Positions 26,835 to 36,051 of a stretch of DNA of 64,000 nucleotides are shown here, piece by piece; within the stretch, counting starts at the first letter, position 1, and each line of letters starts with the position of its first letter. The position numbers were made by a program, and so were the translations under genes. Origin of the DNA: Acidobacteriota bacterium (GTDB taxonomy: Bacteria > Acidobacteriota > Thermoanaerobaculia > UBA5066); the NCBI GenBank assembly GCA_030278895.1, contig JARXKK010000003.1, positions 4,471 to 68,470 of the forward strand. The letters are read 5' to 3'. Below the pieces are notes generated by a model, which did not search any database, was not told where the DNA came from, and saw only the letters and a program-made list of their open reading frames with translations.

Positions 26835-28475
26835 GTGGAAGAACTGCGCTTGCCTTTGAAGAAGCGCGCCCTCGCACTGCGTCTGGCGAAGCGTGTTTTC
26901 GCGGCCTGGATTGCTTTGACGCTGCTCGTGATCGTGGCGTCGTTCTTCGTGGACGAGCCGCTGCGGCGGAGCATTGAGCGGCGGATGAACGATCGGCTCG
27001 AGGGTTACGAGGTGCGCCTGCCGAAGCTCCGCTTTCGGTTGTTCTCTCTTTCGATGGCGCTCGAGGGTCTGGTCGTCAGGCAGAATGCGCACCCCGAGCC
27101 GCCGGTTCTCCGGATCGAGCTCCTGAAGACGAGCGTGCACTGGCGCGCGCTCCTTTCGGGCCATCTCGTGGCGGACGTCCTCCTGGCGCGGCCGCAGGTC
27201 GACATCAACCTTGCACAGCTGCGGCAGGAAGTGAAAGACGGCGTTCCCGTGAACGAGCGGGGCTGGCAGGAGGCCCTGCAGGCTGTGACGCCGCTCAAGA
27301 TCGATCTCTTTCGGGTCGAGGACGGGACGATCACGTACGTCGACACCGACACGGCGCATCCGATCCGCATGACTTCGGTGCGCGTCCTCGCAAACGACAT
27401 CCGAAACGTACAGTCGAAGCCCCAGGTGTATCCGTCGCCCATCCACGCCGAGGCGACGCTCTTCGGGTCCGGCCACGGCGTGCTCGACGGTCACGCCGAC
27501 TTTCTGGTGGAGCCTTATCCGGGCTTTCACGCCCTTTTCCGCCTGGATGCGGTTCCTCTCGATGCGCTTTCCCTTCCCGTTCTGGCACACACGGCGTTCG
27601 TGCTGAAGGGAGGGGTACTCGCCGCCGGCGGAGAGCTGGAAACCTCCCCGGCCGTGCGCCGCGCGCGCCTCTCGGAACTCACCCTTTCGGGGGTGAAGGT
27701 GGACTACGTCGCCGAGAAAGACACGAAGCCTCCCGCGCCGCCTGCGACCGCGGCCAACGGGAAGACAGCGCCGGACTCGAGAGGCAAGAAGGCGCGGTCG
27801 GCGGTTCCGGAATGGACCCTCAAAATGGACAAGGCCGTGATCGCGGGGAGCGAGCTCGGATTCGTGAATCGCACGAAAGACCCGGCGTATCGCGCCTACG
27901 TCGCTCGGCTCGACGGTTCGATCTCGGACCTCGGAAATCACGCTTCCGGCGCGCGAGCGCGCTTCGACCTGCGTGGGAAGTTCCTCGGAAGCGGAGACAC
28001 CCGGCTCACCGGGTCGTTTCGAGAGGGCGCCGCAAGCCCCGACTTCGACGTGAATCTGAGAATCGAAGGCACGGAAATGACGCGCATGAACGATCTCCTC
28101 CGGGCATACGGGAAGTTCGACGTCGTCGCCGGCGAGTTCTCGTTCTATTCGGAACTGAAGGCCCGGGACGGCCAGCTCGAGGGCTACGTCAAGCCTCTCT
28201 TCAAGGGGATGAAGGTCTATGACCGGAGGCAGGACGGGGACAAGGCCGTGTTTCGCCAGCTCTACGAAATGCTCGTGGGAGGTGTCGCGGGTCTCCTCCG
28301 AAACCACGGGCGAAAAGAGGTGGCGACGGTGGCGAACGTTTCCGGGCGTATCGATGGTCCCCGCACGAGCGGCTGGCAGATCGCGCTCAGGCTCGTCGAG
28401 AACGCATTCTTCCGATCGATTCTGCCCGGGTTCGATCGCGAGCTCCGCGCCCGGACTCCGAAGCCGAAGTCATAA
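26835..28475 (+). CDS. DUF748-domain (AsmA-like) membrane-anchored protein
   Basis: N-terminal anchor FAAWIALTLLVIVASFFV and repeated DUF748-like beta blocks. The promoter spacing suggests the real start may be TTG 26850. Confidence 0.75.
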   Translation: MEELRLPLKKRALALRLAKRVFAAWIALTLLVIVASFFVDEPLRRSIERRMNDRLEGYEVRLPKLRFRLFSLSMALEGLVVRQNAHPEPPVLRIELLKTSVHWRALLSGHLVADVLLARPQVDINLAQLRQEVKDGVPVNERGWQEALQAVTPLKIDLFRVEDGTITYVDTDTAHPIRMTSVRVLANDIRNVQSKPQVYPSPIHAEATLFGSGHGVLDGHADFLVEPYPGFHALFRLDAVPLDALSLPVLAHTAFVLKGGVLAAGGELETSPAVRRARLSELTLSGVKVDYVAEKDTKPPAPPATAANGKTAPDSRGKKARSAVPEWTLKMDKAVIAGSELGFVNRTKDPAYRAYVARLDGSISDLGNHASGARARFDLRGKFLGSGDTRLTGSFREGAASPDFDVNLRIEGTEMTRMNDLLRAYGKFDVVAGEFSFYSELKARDGQLEGYVKPLFKGMKVYDRRQDGDKAVFRQLYEMLVGGVAGLLRNHGRKEVATVANVSGRIDGPRTSGWQIALRLVENAFFRSILPGFDRELRARTPKPKS

Positions 28476-28508
28476 CGAGTCGAGAGACACCTTTTTAGGG
28501 AGGAACCC

Positions 28509-28943
28509 ATGACGTCGACGAATTCAGACGGAATCGCGAGAGGCCGTGCCTCGAACGCCCCAGACTCCCTTCGCCATCTTCCCCTCAAGAGTCTTGTAGC
28601 GGCCATCACCGACCAAGTGAAGCTTCTGGCAACGAGGGAATTCGAACTCGCCCGGTCCGAGGTCCAGTCCGACATCCGGAGTGAGCTGGCGATGGCAAGG
28701 AGTCTCGCCATCGCCGCCGTCTGCGGGCTCCTTGGGCTCAGCATGCTCCTCGTCGCGGGCGTGTTCGCGCTTTCCACCGTGATGCCGGGCTGGGCGGGCG
28801 CGCTTCTCGTGGCCGCTCCCTTGATCGTGCTCGGCGCCATATTGGGAGCGATCGGCTGGAACAAACGCGTGAGGACGCCGCTCGAGGCGACTCGGGCCAG
28901 TTTGAAGGAGGCTATCCAATGGACGAAGAATCGGCTCGCTTGA
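28509..28943 (+). CDS. DUF1469 ('holin-X'/phage-holin-3_6 superfamily) membrane protein
   Basis: GGGAGG SD before ATG. Amphipathic N-terminal part followed by two TM helices (LAIAAVCGLLGLSMLLVAGVF, WAGALLVAAPLIVLGAILGAIG). Confidence 0.6.
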   Translation: MTSTNSDGIARGRASNAPDSLRHLPLKSLVAAITDQVKLLATREFELARSEVQSDIRSELAMARSLAIAAVCGLLGLSMLLVAGVFALSTVMPGWAGALLVAAPLIVLGAILGAIGWNKRVRTPLEATRASLKEAIQWTKNRLA

Positions 28944-29308
28944 AACACCGTCTTCGTGCGGAGATCGACGCGTCGCGGGACGAGCTGGGAATGTACATCT
29001 CGGAGCTCGACCGACGCCGGTACGCGGCCCTCGACGTGAAGCATCAGATCAGGACGCATCCACGTGTCGTGATCGGCGTCGGCGTCGCAATCGTGGCTGC
29101 GGCCGCCGGAATCGTCGCGATGGTCGTCCGCGCCCGAAACCAGAAACGCCCGGGCCGCAGCGAGCGGCGGGCGCCGTCGCGATTCGCCCCTCCCCGGTCC
29201 CCGAAGCCTGGTCGGATGATCAGCCTGATTGTCAGGAGTGCTCTCCCATTCGGCGTCGCGATGGCCAGGAGATTCTTGCGACAAACGAAGACGCGTCGAT
29301 TCGCCTAG
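28919..29308 (+). CDS. DUF3618-like protein with one TM helix
   Basis: N-terminal IDASRDELGMYISELD helix, then VVIGVGVAIVAAAAGIVAMVV. This is the usual partner of DUF1469 genes. It overlaps the upstream gene by 25 nt. Confidence 0.55.
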   Translation: MDEESARLKHRLRAEIDASRDELGMYISELDRRRYAALDVKHQIRTHPRVVIGVGVAIVAAAAGIVAMVVRARNQKRPGRSERRAPSRFAPPRSPKPGRMISLIVRSALPFGVAMARRFLRQTKTRRFA

Positions 29309-29576
29309 AGTGCCCGGTTTCGCAACGCGTGCCGGAAGCTGCTTCGCAAGAACAACAATTCCGTGTGGTATCGATCGTGCGCTCGCCAGCGAGGAACGTC
29401 GCGAAAGGCAGATCCGAGGAGGAGTGTGACGCGGCCGGTAAGTTCTCTCATCGCTTTCACACTTGTACATTCCGGCGCAACTTCCTTGCCGCATCGGTAC
29501 ACGCCGGGCACGCGCAGAGCCATACCGAGAGCCGTCACCCGGGACTCCGACCCCGGTTTCCCTCCCCCCGCACGGG

Positions 29577-29592
29577 CGGCACCGCGATTGCA
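29577..29592 (+). promoter_or_regulatory. Sigma-54 (-24/-12) type promoter
   Basis: CGGCAC-cgcga-TTGCA. The -12 C is 25 nt before ATG 29617, with GGGAGG SD in between. Confidence 0.55.
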
Positions 29593-29616
29593 TTTCGTCA
29601 GCGGGAGGAATTTTCA

Positions 29617-29934
29617 ATGAAGAATTTCCAGAGTCTCGTGCTCATTCTCGGCCTTTCGACCGGGGGCGTTCTCGGAGCCGGCGCATGCCGCACGGGTCAG
29701 TCCGCCGGACGGCAGATCGACGACGCCGGAATCAAGGTAGCTGTGAAGGCGAAGCTGGCGAAGGACGTTCGCTTTTCGACCCTCACGAACATCGAGGTCA
29801 ACTCGACGAACGGAGTCGTCACACTCGCGGGTCAGGTGAAGACCGAACAGGACCGCATGGCCGCCGGCGATCTCACACGCACGATCGAGGGAGTCGTGAA
29901 GGTCAACAACGAGCTGCAGGTGGAGAAGAAGTAA
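29617..29934 (+). CDS. BON-domain (OsmY-like) periplasmic/lipoprotein
   Basis: Signal peptide with Cys (LGAGAC). BON pattern: DAGIKVAVKAKLAKD....INVEVNSTNGVVTLAGQV...A..L...IEGVVKVNNEL. Confidence 0.85.
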   Translation: MKNFQSLVLILGLSTGGVLGAGACRTGQSAGRQIDDAGIKVAVKAKLAKDVRFSTLTNIEVNSTNGVVTLAGQVKTEQDRMAAGDLTRTIEGVVKVNNELQVEKK

Positions 29935-30157
29935 GAGAAATAAGGAAACCTGCGCCCCGAGCCCCTTCAACGATCTTGGCCACCGTTGCGGCGGTTCGCG
30001 CCCCCTCGAAAGTTTGCGGAGCATGACGCCCGCTGTTTCCGCGCCGCGTTCCTGAGGTATAGGGGCGGCGCGGTGCCTTGGGCGGAGCCCGTGAAAATTC
30101 TCCATACCGTCCAGGACTCCGTAGACTCACGGGGGTCCGGGGCCACGTCGGTCCGCG

Positions 30158-31315
30158 TTGCCGGAGCAGGGGGGGAGAGAGATCACGACGCTGGAGCGAC
30201 TTGCGACCCTCATTCGGGACGACGCCGGGACGATTCTCGCCCGGTGGCGGGCACAGGTGCGCGAGCTCCCGTCGGCACAGCACCTGGACACCCCAAGCTT
30301 GAACGATCACATCCCCGAGCTGTTGAAAGAATTATCGAGCGCTTTGACGGCGCGTATCGACGTGACGATCCCCGAAGCCCTTCTGGAGGGCGGTCCGCAA
30401 GTCCATGGATTGCAGCGTCTCAAAGATGCCTTCGACATCGAAGAAGTCGTGGCGGAATACAACATCCTTCGCGGTTGCATTCACGACCTTGCCGAGGAGA
30501 GCGGGATCAACCTGCAAGGGAAACCATTCCATATCGTCAATCGTGTCTTCGACCACGCCATCGGGCTCGCGTTGAAGACGTATTCGGGTCAGCGCGCGCT
30601 CGAGGTTCAACAGCGACGGGAAGAGTATCTCGCGTTCTTGGTCCATGACCTTCGCACTCCGTTGAATGCCATTTCTCTCGTCGGGAGAGTGTTGGAACTC
30701 AGGTTTCCGGAGGGCAGCAGCGGCGCGGACACGGAACGGCTCTTGAAAGCCCTGCGTCGCAGCGTTCGGCAGCTCGAAGCCATGGTCGAGAAGGTGCTCG
30801 AGGAAAACGCGAATCTGCAAACGGAGGCTGGAGTCAGAGTCGAGCGGAGAGAGTTCGATCTATGGCCGCTGGTCGAGGGGCTCATCCGCGACCTCCAGCC
30901 GATCGCGAGATCCGAAAGCACCCGCCTCGTCAACGAAGTCGCGGACGAGTTCGTGGTCTATGCGGACGCCAGTCTCTTGAGGAGAGTCTTTCAGAACCTG
31001 GTCGCCAACGCGATCAAGTACACGCCGCGCGGAGAAGTGATCATCGGTGCACGGGAGCTCGACGAGGGGCGCGGCGTCGAATTCTGGATTCGTGACAACG
31101 GTGCGGGAATTCCCGCGGATTTGCTCGAGAAGGTCTTCGACAAGGGCGAGACCGACCCGGAGAGTGCGGGCGGAGCCGGCCTCGGCCTTGCCATCGTCAG
31201 GACTCTCGTTGAGGCGCATGGAGGGAGAGTGACCGTGGAAAGCAGGGAAGGCTTCGGCTCCACATTCCGGTGTTCGCTGCCGACGAAGGCCGGCTCTTCC
31301 GTCTCCGTCGAGTAG
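30158..31315 (+). CDS. Cytoplasmic sensor histidine kinase with RsbRD-N-like N-terminal domain
   Basis: H-box FLVHDLRTPLNAI, N-box FQNLVANAIKYTP, G-boxes RDNGAGIP and GGAGLGLAIV. No TM helix. TTG start, so the start is uncertain. Confidence 0.85.
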   Translation: MPEQGGREITTLERLATLIRDDAGTILARWRAQVRELPSAQHLDTPSLNDHIPELLKELSSALTARIDVTIPEALLEGGPQVHGLQRLKDAFDIEEVVAEYNILRGCIHDLAEESGINLQGKPFHIVNRVFDHAIGLALKTYSGQRALEVQQRREEYLAFLVHDLRTPLNAISLVGRVLELRFPEGSSGADTERLLKALRRSVRQLEAMVEKVLEENANLQTEAGVRVERREFDLWPLVEGLIRDLQPIARSESTRLVNEVADEFVVYADASLLRRVFQNLVANAIKYTPRGEVIIGARELDEGRGVEFWIRDNGAGIPADLLEKVFDKGETDPESAGGAGLGLAIVRTLVEAHGGRVTVESREGFGSTFRCSLPTKAGSSVSVE

Positions 31316-31338
31316 GCGCAAGACCGCTTCCGAGCGGT

Positions 31339-33150
31339 TCAACGAGGGAAGGGCGGAACGCTTCCCCCGTGCCCCAGGCCTTCCTCGGACTTCCTGACGG
31401 CGGCAGCGGCGCGGTCCCGTTCTTCGGCTGGCAGCGCGTCGAGAAGCCGTGGCTGGATCCAGACCGTGCGCGCGAAGAGGGCACGGGCCTCCTCCTGGTG
31501 ACCGAGCGCGACTGCCGCCCTTCCAAGGTTCAAGTCGCTCTCGGCGCGTTCCTCGAGAGTCACGGATCGCGCATAGAGCGCGTACGCCCTTTCGCGTTCG
31601 CCCTTGAGAGATTGCACCGAGCCCCACGCGAGGACGGCCGTCGCGGCCCGCGGACGAAGCGTCACGGCGCGCCTCAGGCGCGCGTCGGCCGCGGAGAGAA
31701 GCTCGGCACGTTCCGGCGCGGCTTCCTCGGGTGCGGCGGCGGCGTTGCGGAGGAGGTTCTCGCCGTCGGCTTGTCCGAGCGTCGCGAAGGAGCGCACGGC
31801 CGCGAGCGCGATGAGGAGCAGCGCGTAGGCCGCGAGCGCGGCGCGAGCGCCGCGGCGGGGAGTCGATTCCGCTCCGGCGGCGATGTGCCGGATCGCGAGG
31901 CCCGCGAGGAACGCAGCGGGTCCGGATGCGACCGCGATCCGGAACGGGAAGTCGCCCAGGGCCAGGAACGCGACGCCGACGAGCGACGCGAGAAGCGCGT
32001 CGACCGGAGGGCCCTCGGACGGCGACTCGTCGCGGCGGCGGAAGAAGAGACCCCAAATGAGCGCGAGGGCTGCCACGATGGCCGCGCACGCGGCGGGCAT
32101 GCCGGCCTCGGCGGCGAGCGTGACGGGCTCGCTGTGTGCGTTGTCGAAATGGGCCGAGCCGCTCCGGTGGACGAGGCGCCTCCCCGTGCGCTCCTCGGCC
32201 GCGAGGCGCGCGGGCACGAACCGGTTCGAGAACGCCCCCGGTCCCGCGCCGAGAAGCGGGCGAGTCCGCGCCATCTCGCGGGCCGCGAAGAGGCCGATGT
32301 CGCGCTGGGTCGTCGCCGCGGCGATGTCGCCCGTGCGCATCTGTCTGAGCTTCACCATGGCCCGCTGTCCGGCCCCGGTCGCCACCGCGAGAAGGGCCGC
32401 CGCGACGAGGACGAAGAACGCGAACCGCCGCCTCCGGAAGTCGAGGGCGACGTAGAGAAGGGCGCCGGCGCCGAACGCGAGCGCGGGCCCCACCGCCTCG
32501 GTCGCGAGGAGCCCGAGAAGAGCAAAGAGCAGGCCGAGCGCCGCGAGGGCGCGTGTCCGGGCGGCTCGGGCCGTCACCGCGGACGTGAAGAGGAGGAGAG
32601 CAGGCACGACCAGGGCCATCCCGACGTCTCCCGCGTTTCCGATGAGGCCGGCAGCCAGGAACCGGGGCTCGGGAACGTCGAGCGGCATCCGGAAGAGGCC
32701 TGTCCATCGCTGGAGGGCGGCGAGCGTGCCGGTGAACGCACCGGCCGCCATCAGCGTGGCGGCAGCGGCCGGCGCGCAAGCGGCCCCGGAGGCCGACGCT
32801 CCGAGGAACAGGAGCGCGAGCGGAGAAAGGACCGCGGCCGCCGTGAGCGGATCCACGACGTTCGCGTTCGCGATGGCCGAGAGGAGCGCGAGAGTCAGGG
32901 CCGTGCCCAGGCCGAAGAGGACGATACGAGCGGCCGGGCCGCGGCCGGGCGCGGGAAGGAGGTCGCCGCGCGCGAGGCCGAGGATCGCGAGCGATGCGCC
33001 GAGGGCCTGTACGAGGACTTTCGACTCGCGGAGCGCTTCGCTGGAGGCGAGTGAAAACACGACGAATGGGAGGGCGAGCGCGGCGAGGATCCCGATCCGG
33101 ACGATGCGCGCCATCGGAAAGGAGAATAGCGAAAAAGCCTCCCGCGACAC
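31339..33150 (-). CDS. O-antigen-ligase (Wzy_C)-like polytopic membrane protein with C-terminal TPR domain
   Basis: More than 10 TM helices, an HFDNAHSEPVTLAAEAG loop typical of the Wzy_C/O-antigen ligase family, and a C-terminal TPR-like region. Alternative start at ATG 33114. Confidence 0.75.
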   Translation of the reverse strand: MSREAFSLFSFPMARIVRIGILAALALPFVVFSLASSEALRESKVLVQALGASLAILGLARGDLLPAPGRGPAARIVLFGLGTALTLALLSAIANANVVDPLTAAAVLSPLALLFLGASASGAACAPAAAATLMAAGAFTGTLAALQRWTGLFRMPLDVPEPRFLAAGLIGNAGDVGMALVVPALLLFTSAVTARAARTRALAALGLLFALLGLLATEAVGPALAFGAGALLYVALDFRRRRFAFFVLVAAALLAVATGAGQRAMVKLRQMRTGDIAAATTQRDIGLFAAREMARTRPLLGAGPGAFSNRFVPARLAAEERTGRRLVHRSGSAHFDNAHSEPVTLAAEAGMPAACAAIVAALALIWGLFFRRRDESPSEGPPVDALLASLVGVAFLALGDFPFRIAVASGPAAFLAGLAIRHIAAGAESTPRRGARAALAAYALLLIALAAVRSFATLGQADGENLLRNAAAAPEEAAPERAELLSAADARLRRAVTLRPRAATAVLAWGSVQSLKGERERAYALYARSVTLEERAESDLNLGRAAVALGHQEEARALFARTVWIQPRLLDALPAEERDRAAAAVRKSEEGLGHGGSVPPFPR

Positions 33151-33155
33151 GCGAT

Positions 33156-33827
33156 ATGCTTCGGACGTCCTCCGTGAAGATGAGTTCCGGACTCCCGACC
33201 CCGTGGCTGGTCTCCCTTCGACGGTCCCTCAGGCGCCGCCTGCTCGGCCGCGGCAAGCCGAGGCCCGCGGCGACGTGGGACGCCCAGTACCGCGCCGGCA
33301 CGTGGGACGGAATCGTCGCCGAGATCGAGCGGCACGCCTGCATCGCATCGTTCGTCCGCCGGTTTGGTCCGGAGCGGCCGTTCGTGCTGGACGTTGGATG
33401 CGGCCAGGGCGCGCTCGCCCGCCAGTTGAGGGGCGATGCGTGCGGCCGGTACGTGGGCATCGACATTTCCAGCGAGGCGATCCTGCGCGCCGCGAAGGAC
33501 GGCGCGCAGGGCGAGTCGTTCCATGCCGTCGACGTCGAAGCGGGGCCGCCCTCCTTCGTGACCCCCGGATCGGTGGACGCCGCTGTCTTCAGCGAGGTTC
33601 TCTATTACCTCGACGACCCGCTCGAGACACTCCGGCGCTTCGTGCCTCTGCTATCCCCGAGCGGATTCTTCGTGTTTTCCCTCTGGAAGCCCGCTCGCCA
33701 TCGGGCTCTGCGCCGCGGCCTCTGCCGTGCGTACGACGAAACCTGCGTCAGGGAGGTCGGAAGCGGCAACACGTGGCGGATCAGCGTGGCTGCTCTCCGC
33801 GGCCGCTCTCTTTCGGGCGGCGCCTGA
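33156..33827 (+). CDS. Class I SAM-dependent methyltransferase
   Basis: VLDVGCGQGALA motif I, GIDIS motif II, AAVFSEVLYYL. Confidence 0.8.
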   Translation: MLRTSSVKMSSGLPTPWLVSLRRSLRRRLLGRGKPRPAATWDAQYRAGTWDGIVAEIERHACIASFVRRFGPERPFVLDVGCGQGALARQLRGDACGRYVGIDISSEAILRAAKDGAQGESFHAVDVEAGPPSFVTPGSVDAAVFSEVLYYLDDPLETLRRFVPLLSPSGFFVFSLWKPARHRALRRGLCRAYDETCVREVGSGNTWRISVAALRGRSLSGGA

Positions 33828-34923
33828 CCACGGCGCGGTGCGCGCGCCACGCCGCGAGCACCTTGAGCATGAGGCCGCCGTGGGCGTGGCGAGTAATCTG
33901 AAGCGGAGAGAGAAGAATGATTTTCTGTTCGGACCCGAGCGCGGCGAGCGGCCGGCGGAGCGGGGGCACGGGAGATTCTTCTTTGAAGGTGAATAGGGAG
34001 ATGAGATAGCGGCGTTCGAGAACGGAGTGCCGGAGCGTGGCCACGGCCTCGAGCGAGATGGCGCTCCGGCGCACGACCCGCTCCCACCCCCTTCTAAGAA
34101 CATTTGCAGACCGCTGCCCGCCGCGAACCGGAAACAGCGGAACGCAGACGTGACCCTTCACGAGGGTCTTGTCTTCTACGAGCAAAATCTTCTTCCCTCT
34201 TTCGACGATGCCCGCGACGAGGTGGATGGTTTTCGGCGTCGCTGGGCGCGGCCTTCGCGGAAAGCCTTCCGGCTTTCCGCTCGCCGCGGCCCGGCAAAGC
34301 GTCCGAAGCGGGCACGCGCCGCAGCGCGGCGCGCGCGGCGTGCACACGAGGGCGCCGAGCTCCATGACGGCCTGGTTGTGGCCGCCCGGGTTCCGCGCCG
34401 GGACGAGCGGCCGCGCGAGGGCCCGCACCCTCGCGAGCGTCGCGGGCGCCTTCGCTTCGAGGCGCAGGCCGTGAAGGCGGCAGAAGACCCGGACGACGTT
34501 GCCGTCCACGGCGGGTTCGGGGATCCCGAAGCAGATCGACCCGACCGCGGCCGCCGTGTACGACCCGACGCCGGGCAGCGCCTTCAAGCCCTCGAGCGTG
34601 CGCGGAAACGCGCCTGCCAACGCGACGTCCTTCGCCGCGCGGTGCAGGTTTCGTGCGCGCGCGTAGTACCCGAGGCCGCTCCACTCCGCGAGGATCTCGC
34701 GTTCCGGCGCGCGCGCGAGCGCCTCGACGCTTGGAAATCGTGAAAGAAAGCGTTCCCAGCGAGGCGCGATCACCTCGACCGTCGTCTGCTGGAGCATCAC
34801 CTCCGAGAGCCATATGGCGTAGGGGTCGTTCGTCCGGCGCCAGGGCAGGACGCGCTTGTGCGCGCGGTACCAGTAGGCGAGCCGGCGGGAGACGTCACGC
34901 GCCGATTCGCGGCTTCCTTCCAC
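33781..34923 (-). CDS. mutY: A/G-specific adenine DNA glycosylase
   Basis: LPWRRTNDPYAIWLSEVMLQQTTV, GLGYYARARNLH, LPGVGSYTAAA, a Cys cluster (C..C..C), and a NUDIX-like C-terminal domain. The start is GTG 34923 by analogy to E. coli MutY, or ATG 35079. Confidence 0.9.
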   Translation of the reverse strand: MEGSRESARDVSRRLAYWYRAHKRVLPWRRTNDPYAIWLSEVMLQQTTVEVIAPRWERFLSRFPSVEALARAPEREILAEWSGLGYYARARNLHRAAKDVALAGAFPRTLEGLKALPGVGSYTAAAVGSICFGIPEPAVDGNVVRVFCRLHGLRLEAKAPATLARVRALARPLVPARNPGGHNQAVMELGALVCTPRAPRCGACPLRTLCRAAASGKPEGFPRRPRPATPKTIHLVAGIVERGKKILLVEDKTLVKGHVCVPLFPVRGGQRSANVLRRGWERVVRRSAISLEAVATLRHSVLERRYLISLFTFKEESPVPPLRRPLAALGSEQKIILLSPLQITRHAHGGLMLKVLAAWRAHRAVVRRRPKESGRGEQPR

Positions 34924-34941
34924 GGGGATACGATAGCGGCG

Positions 34942-35346
34942 ATGGACCTCGACTGGGAAGGGCTCACCGTCGCGTTCGCGGCGCGCTCGATGCTCATGAA
35001 CCACTTTCTCGATCGCTCGTCGGGCGAGGTGCACGCGCACCTGAACGGATCTCCGGATCTGCGCGAGGCGCTTCTCCACGAGCGGTCGGGGCGCTACCTC
35101 AGGATTCCGAAGTCGACGCCGGACGTCGACACGGCGCGCTGCCGCGCCTTCGCTCCGAGGATGGAAGACGCCGCCGCGCGCGACAAGGCGCTCCAGGCCC
35201 TGGAGTCCGGCGGTCCCGGGGCCTTCCGCGACGCGCTCCTCGGGTTTCCGAACGACGAGGCGGCCTGGTTCGTCTTCCGGGACCGGCGCGTTCGGGAGGA
35301 GCTGCGCGGCTGGCTCGCCGCGCGGGGAGTGTCCGCCGACCCTTGA
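34942..35346 (+). CDS. UPF0158-family protein
   Basis: MDLDWEGLTVAF......HFLDRSSGEV...RYLRIP pattern typical of UPF0158. Confidence 0.6.
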   Translation: MDLDWEGLTVAFAARSMLMNHFLDRSSGEVHAHLNGSPDLREALLHERSGRYLRIPKSTPDVDTARCRAFAPRMEDAAARDKALQALESGGPGAFRDALLGFPNDEAAWFVFRDRRVREELRGWLAARGVSADP

Positions 35347-35406
35347 AGAGAGCGAGTTCGACCGCCTCGCGCACGAAGTCGCGCGTCTGGCGGAGGAGGG
35401 GAGCCT

Positions 35407-36051
35407 TCAGTCCGATGCGGCGCCGAAGACGAACCGGGCGAACCGGCTCGGCACGTGAAAGTCGGGTGGATGTGCGCGGAGCGTCGGAGACAAAGCCAGG
35501 AATTCTGTCGAGCGACCGCGCGCGATCCGGTACGCGTTGCCGCGGCGAATCTCTCCTGGCGCGGGAGGTCGGCCCGAGGAAATCGACGTCCACGGCAGGG
35601 CGAGCCGGCACGACCACGTCGTCCATCCCCTCGGGCCCGCGGGCGCCGGGTCCCCTTCGACATCGATGAGAATTCCGCTTCGCGGCGCCCCGCCCGAGAT
35701 CCGCCACGTCTCGCGGCTCTCGTCCGGATTGCCGATTCGAGCCGTGTAGAGACATCCGCGGGGATTAACGACGAGCTCGTCGTATGCGAAGGAATCTTCT
35801 GCCCCGGCGAGAAACAACTCGACGCATTCGTCGCGAAAGACCTCCTCGCTCTCGCCCCGCTCGATCGTGAGAGGGGGCTCCGAGGCCGACTCGAAGAGGA
35901 CGACGAAATACTCCGCGGTCGCGGCGAAGCGCGCATGCGTCGCGGCGCTTCGGGCGGGCGAGCCGTCCAGCCCGGCGAGCGGCCAGGAGCGCTGGTCTTC
36001 GACCTCCCGGATCGACGCGACGCGGGCGACGGGAACCACGGGGACCGTCAC
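35407..36051 (-). CDS. Carbohydrate-binding-module-family-9-like (DOMON-type beta sandwich) protein
   Basis: FRDECVELFL...YDELVVNPRG...NAYRIAR pattern of CBM9-like proteins. No signal peptide. GTGA overlap with the upstream gene at 36048-36051. Confidence 0.6.
   Translation of the reverse strand: MTVPVVPVARVASIREVEDQRSWPLAGLDGSPARSAATHARFAATAEYFVVLFESASEPPLTIERGESEEVFRDECVELFLAGAEDSFAYDELVVNPRGCLYTARIGNPDESRETWRISGGAPRSGILIDVEGDPAPAGPRGWTTWSCRLALPWTSISSGRPPAPGEIRRGNAYRIARGRSTEFLALSPTLRAHPPDFHVPSRFARFVFGAASD

Noticed and set aside
28509-29308. The 'holin' (DUF1469/phage-holin-3_6) plus DUF3618 pair as a prophage lysis cassette.
   Set aside because: There is no endolysin, spanin, capsid, tail, terminase or integrase gene nearby. 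The pair sits among general-stress genes, which is the common non-phage context of these families.
31323-31338. A small hairpin (ACCGCT-tccg-AGCGGT) between the convergent kinase and Wzy-like genes, as a terminator.
   Set aside because: The stem is only 6 bp and there is no U-tract on either strand. This is too weak to call.
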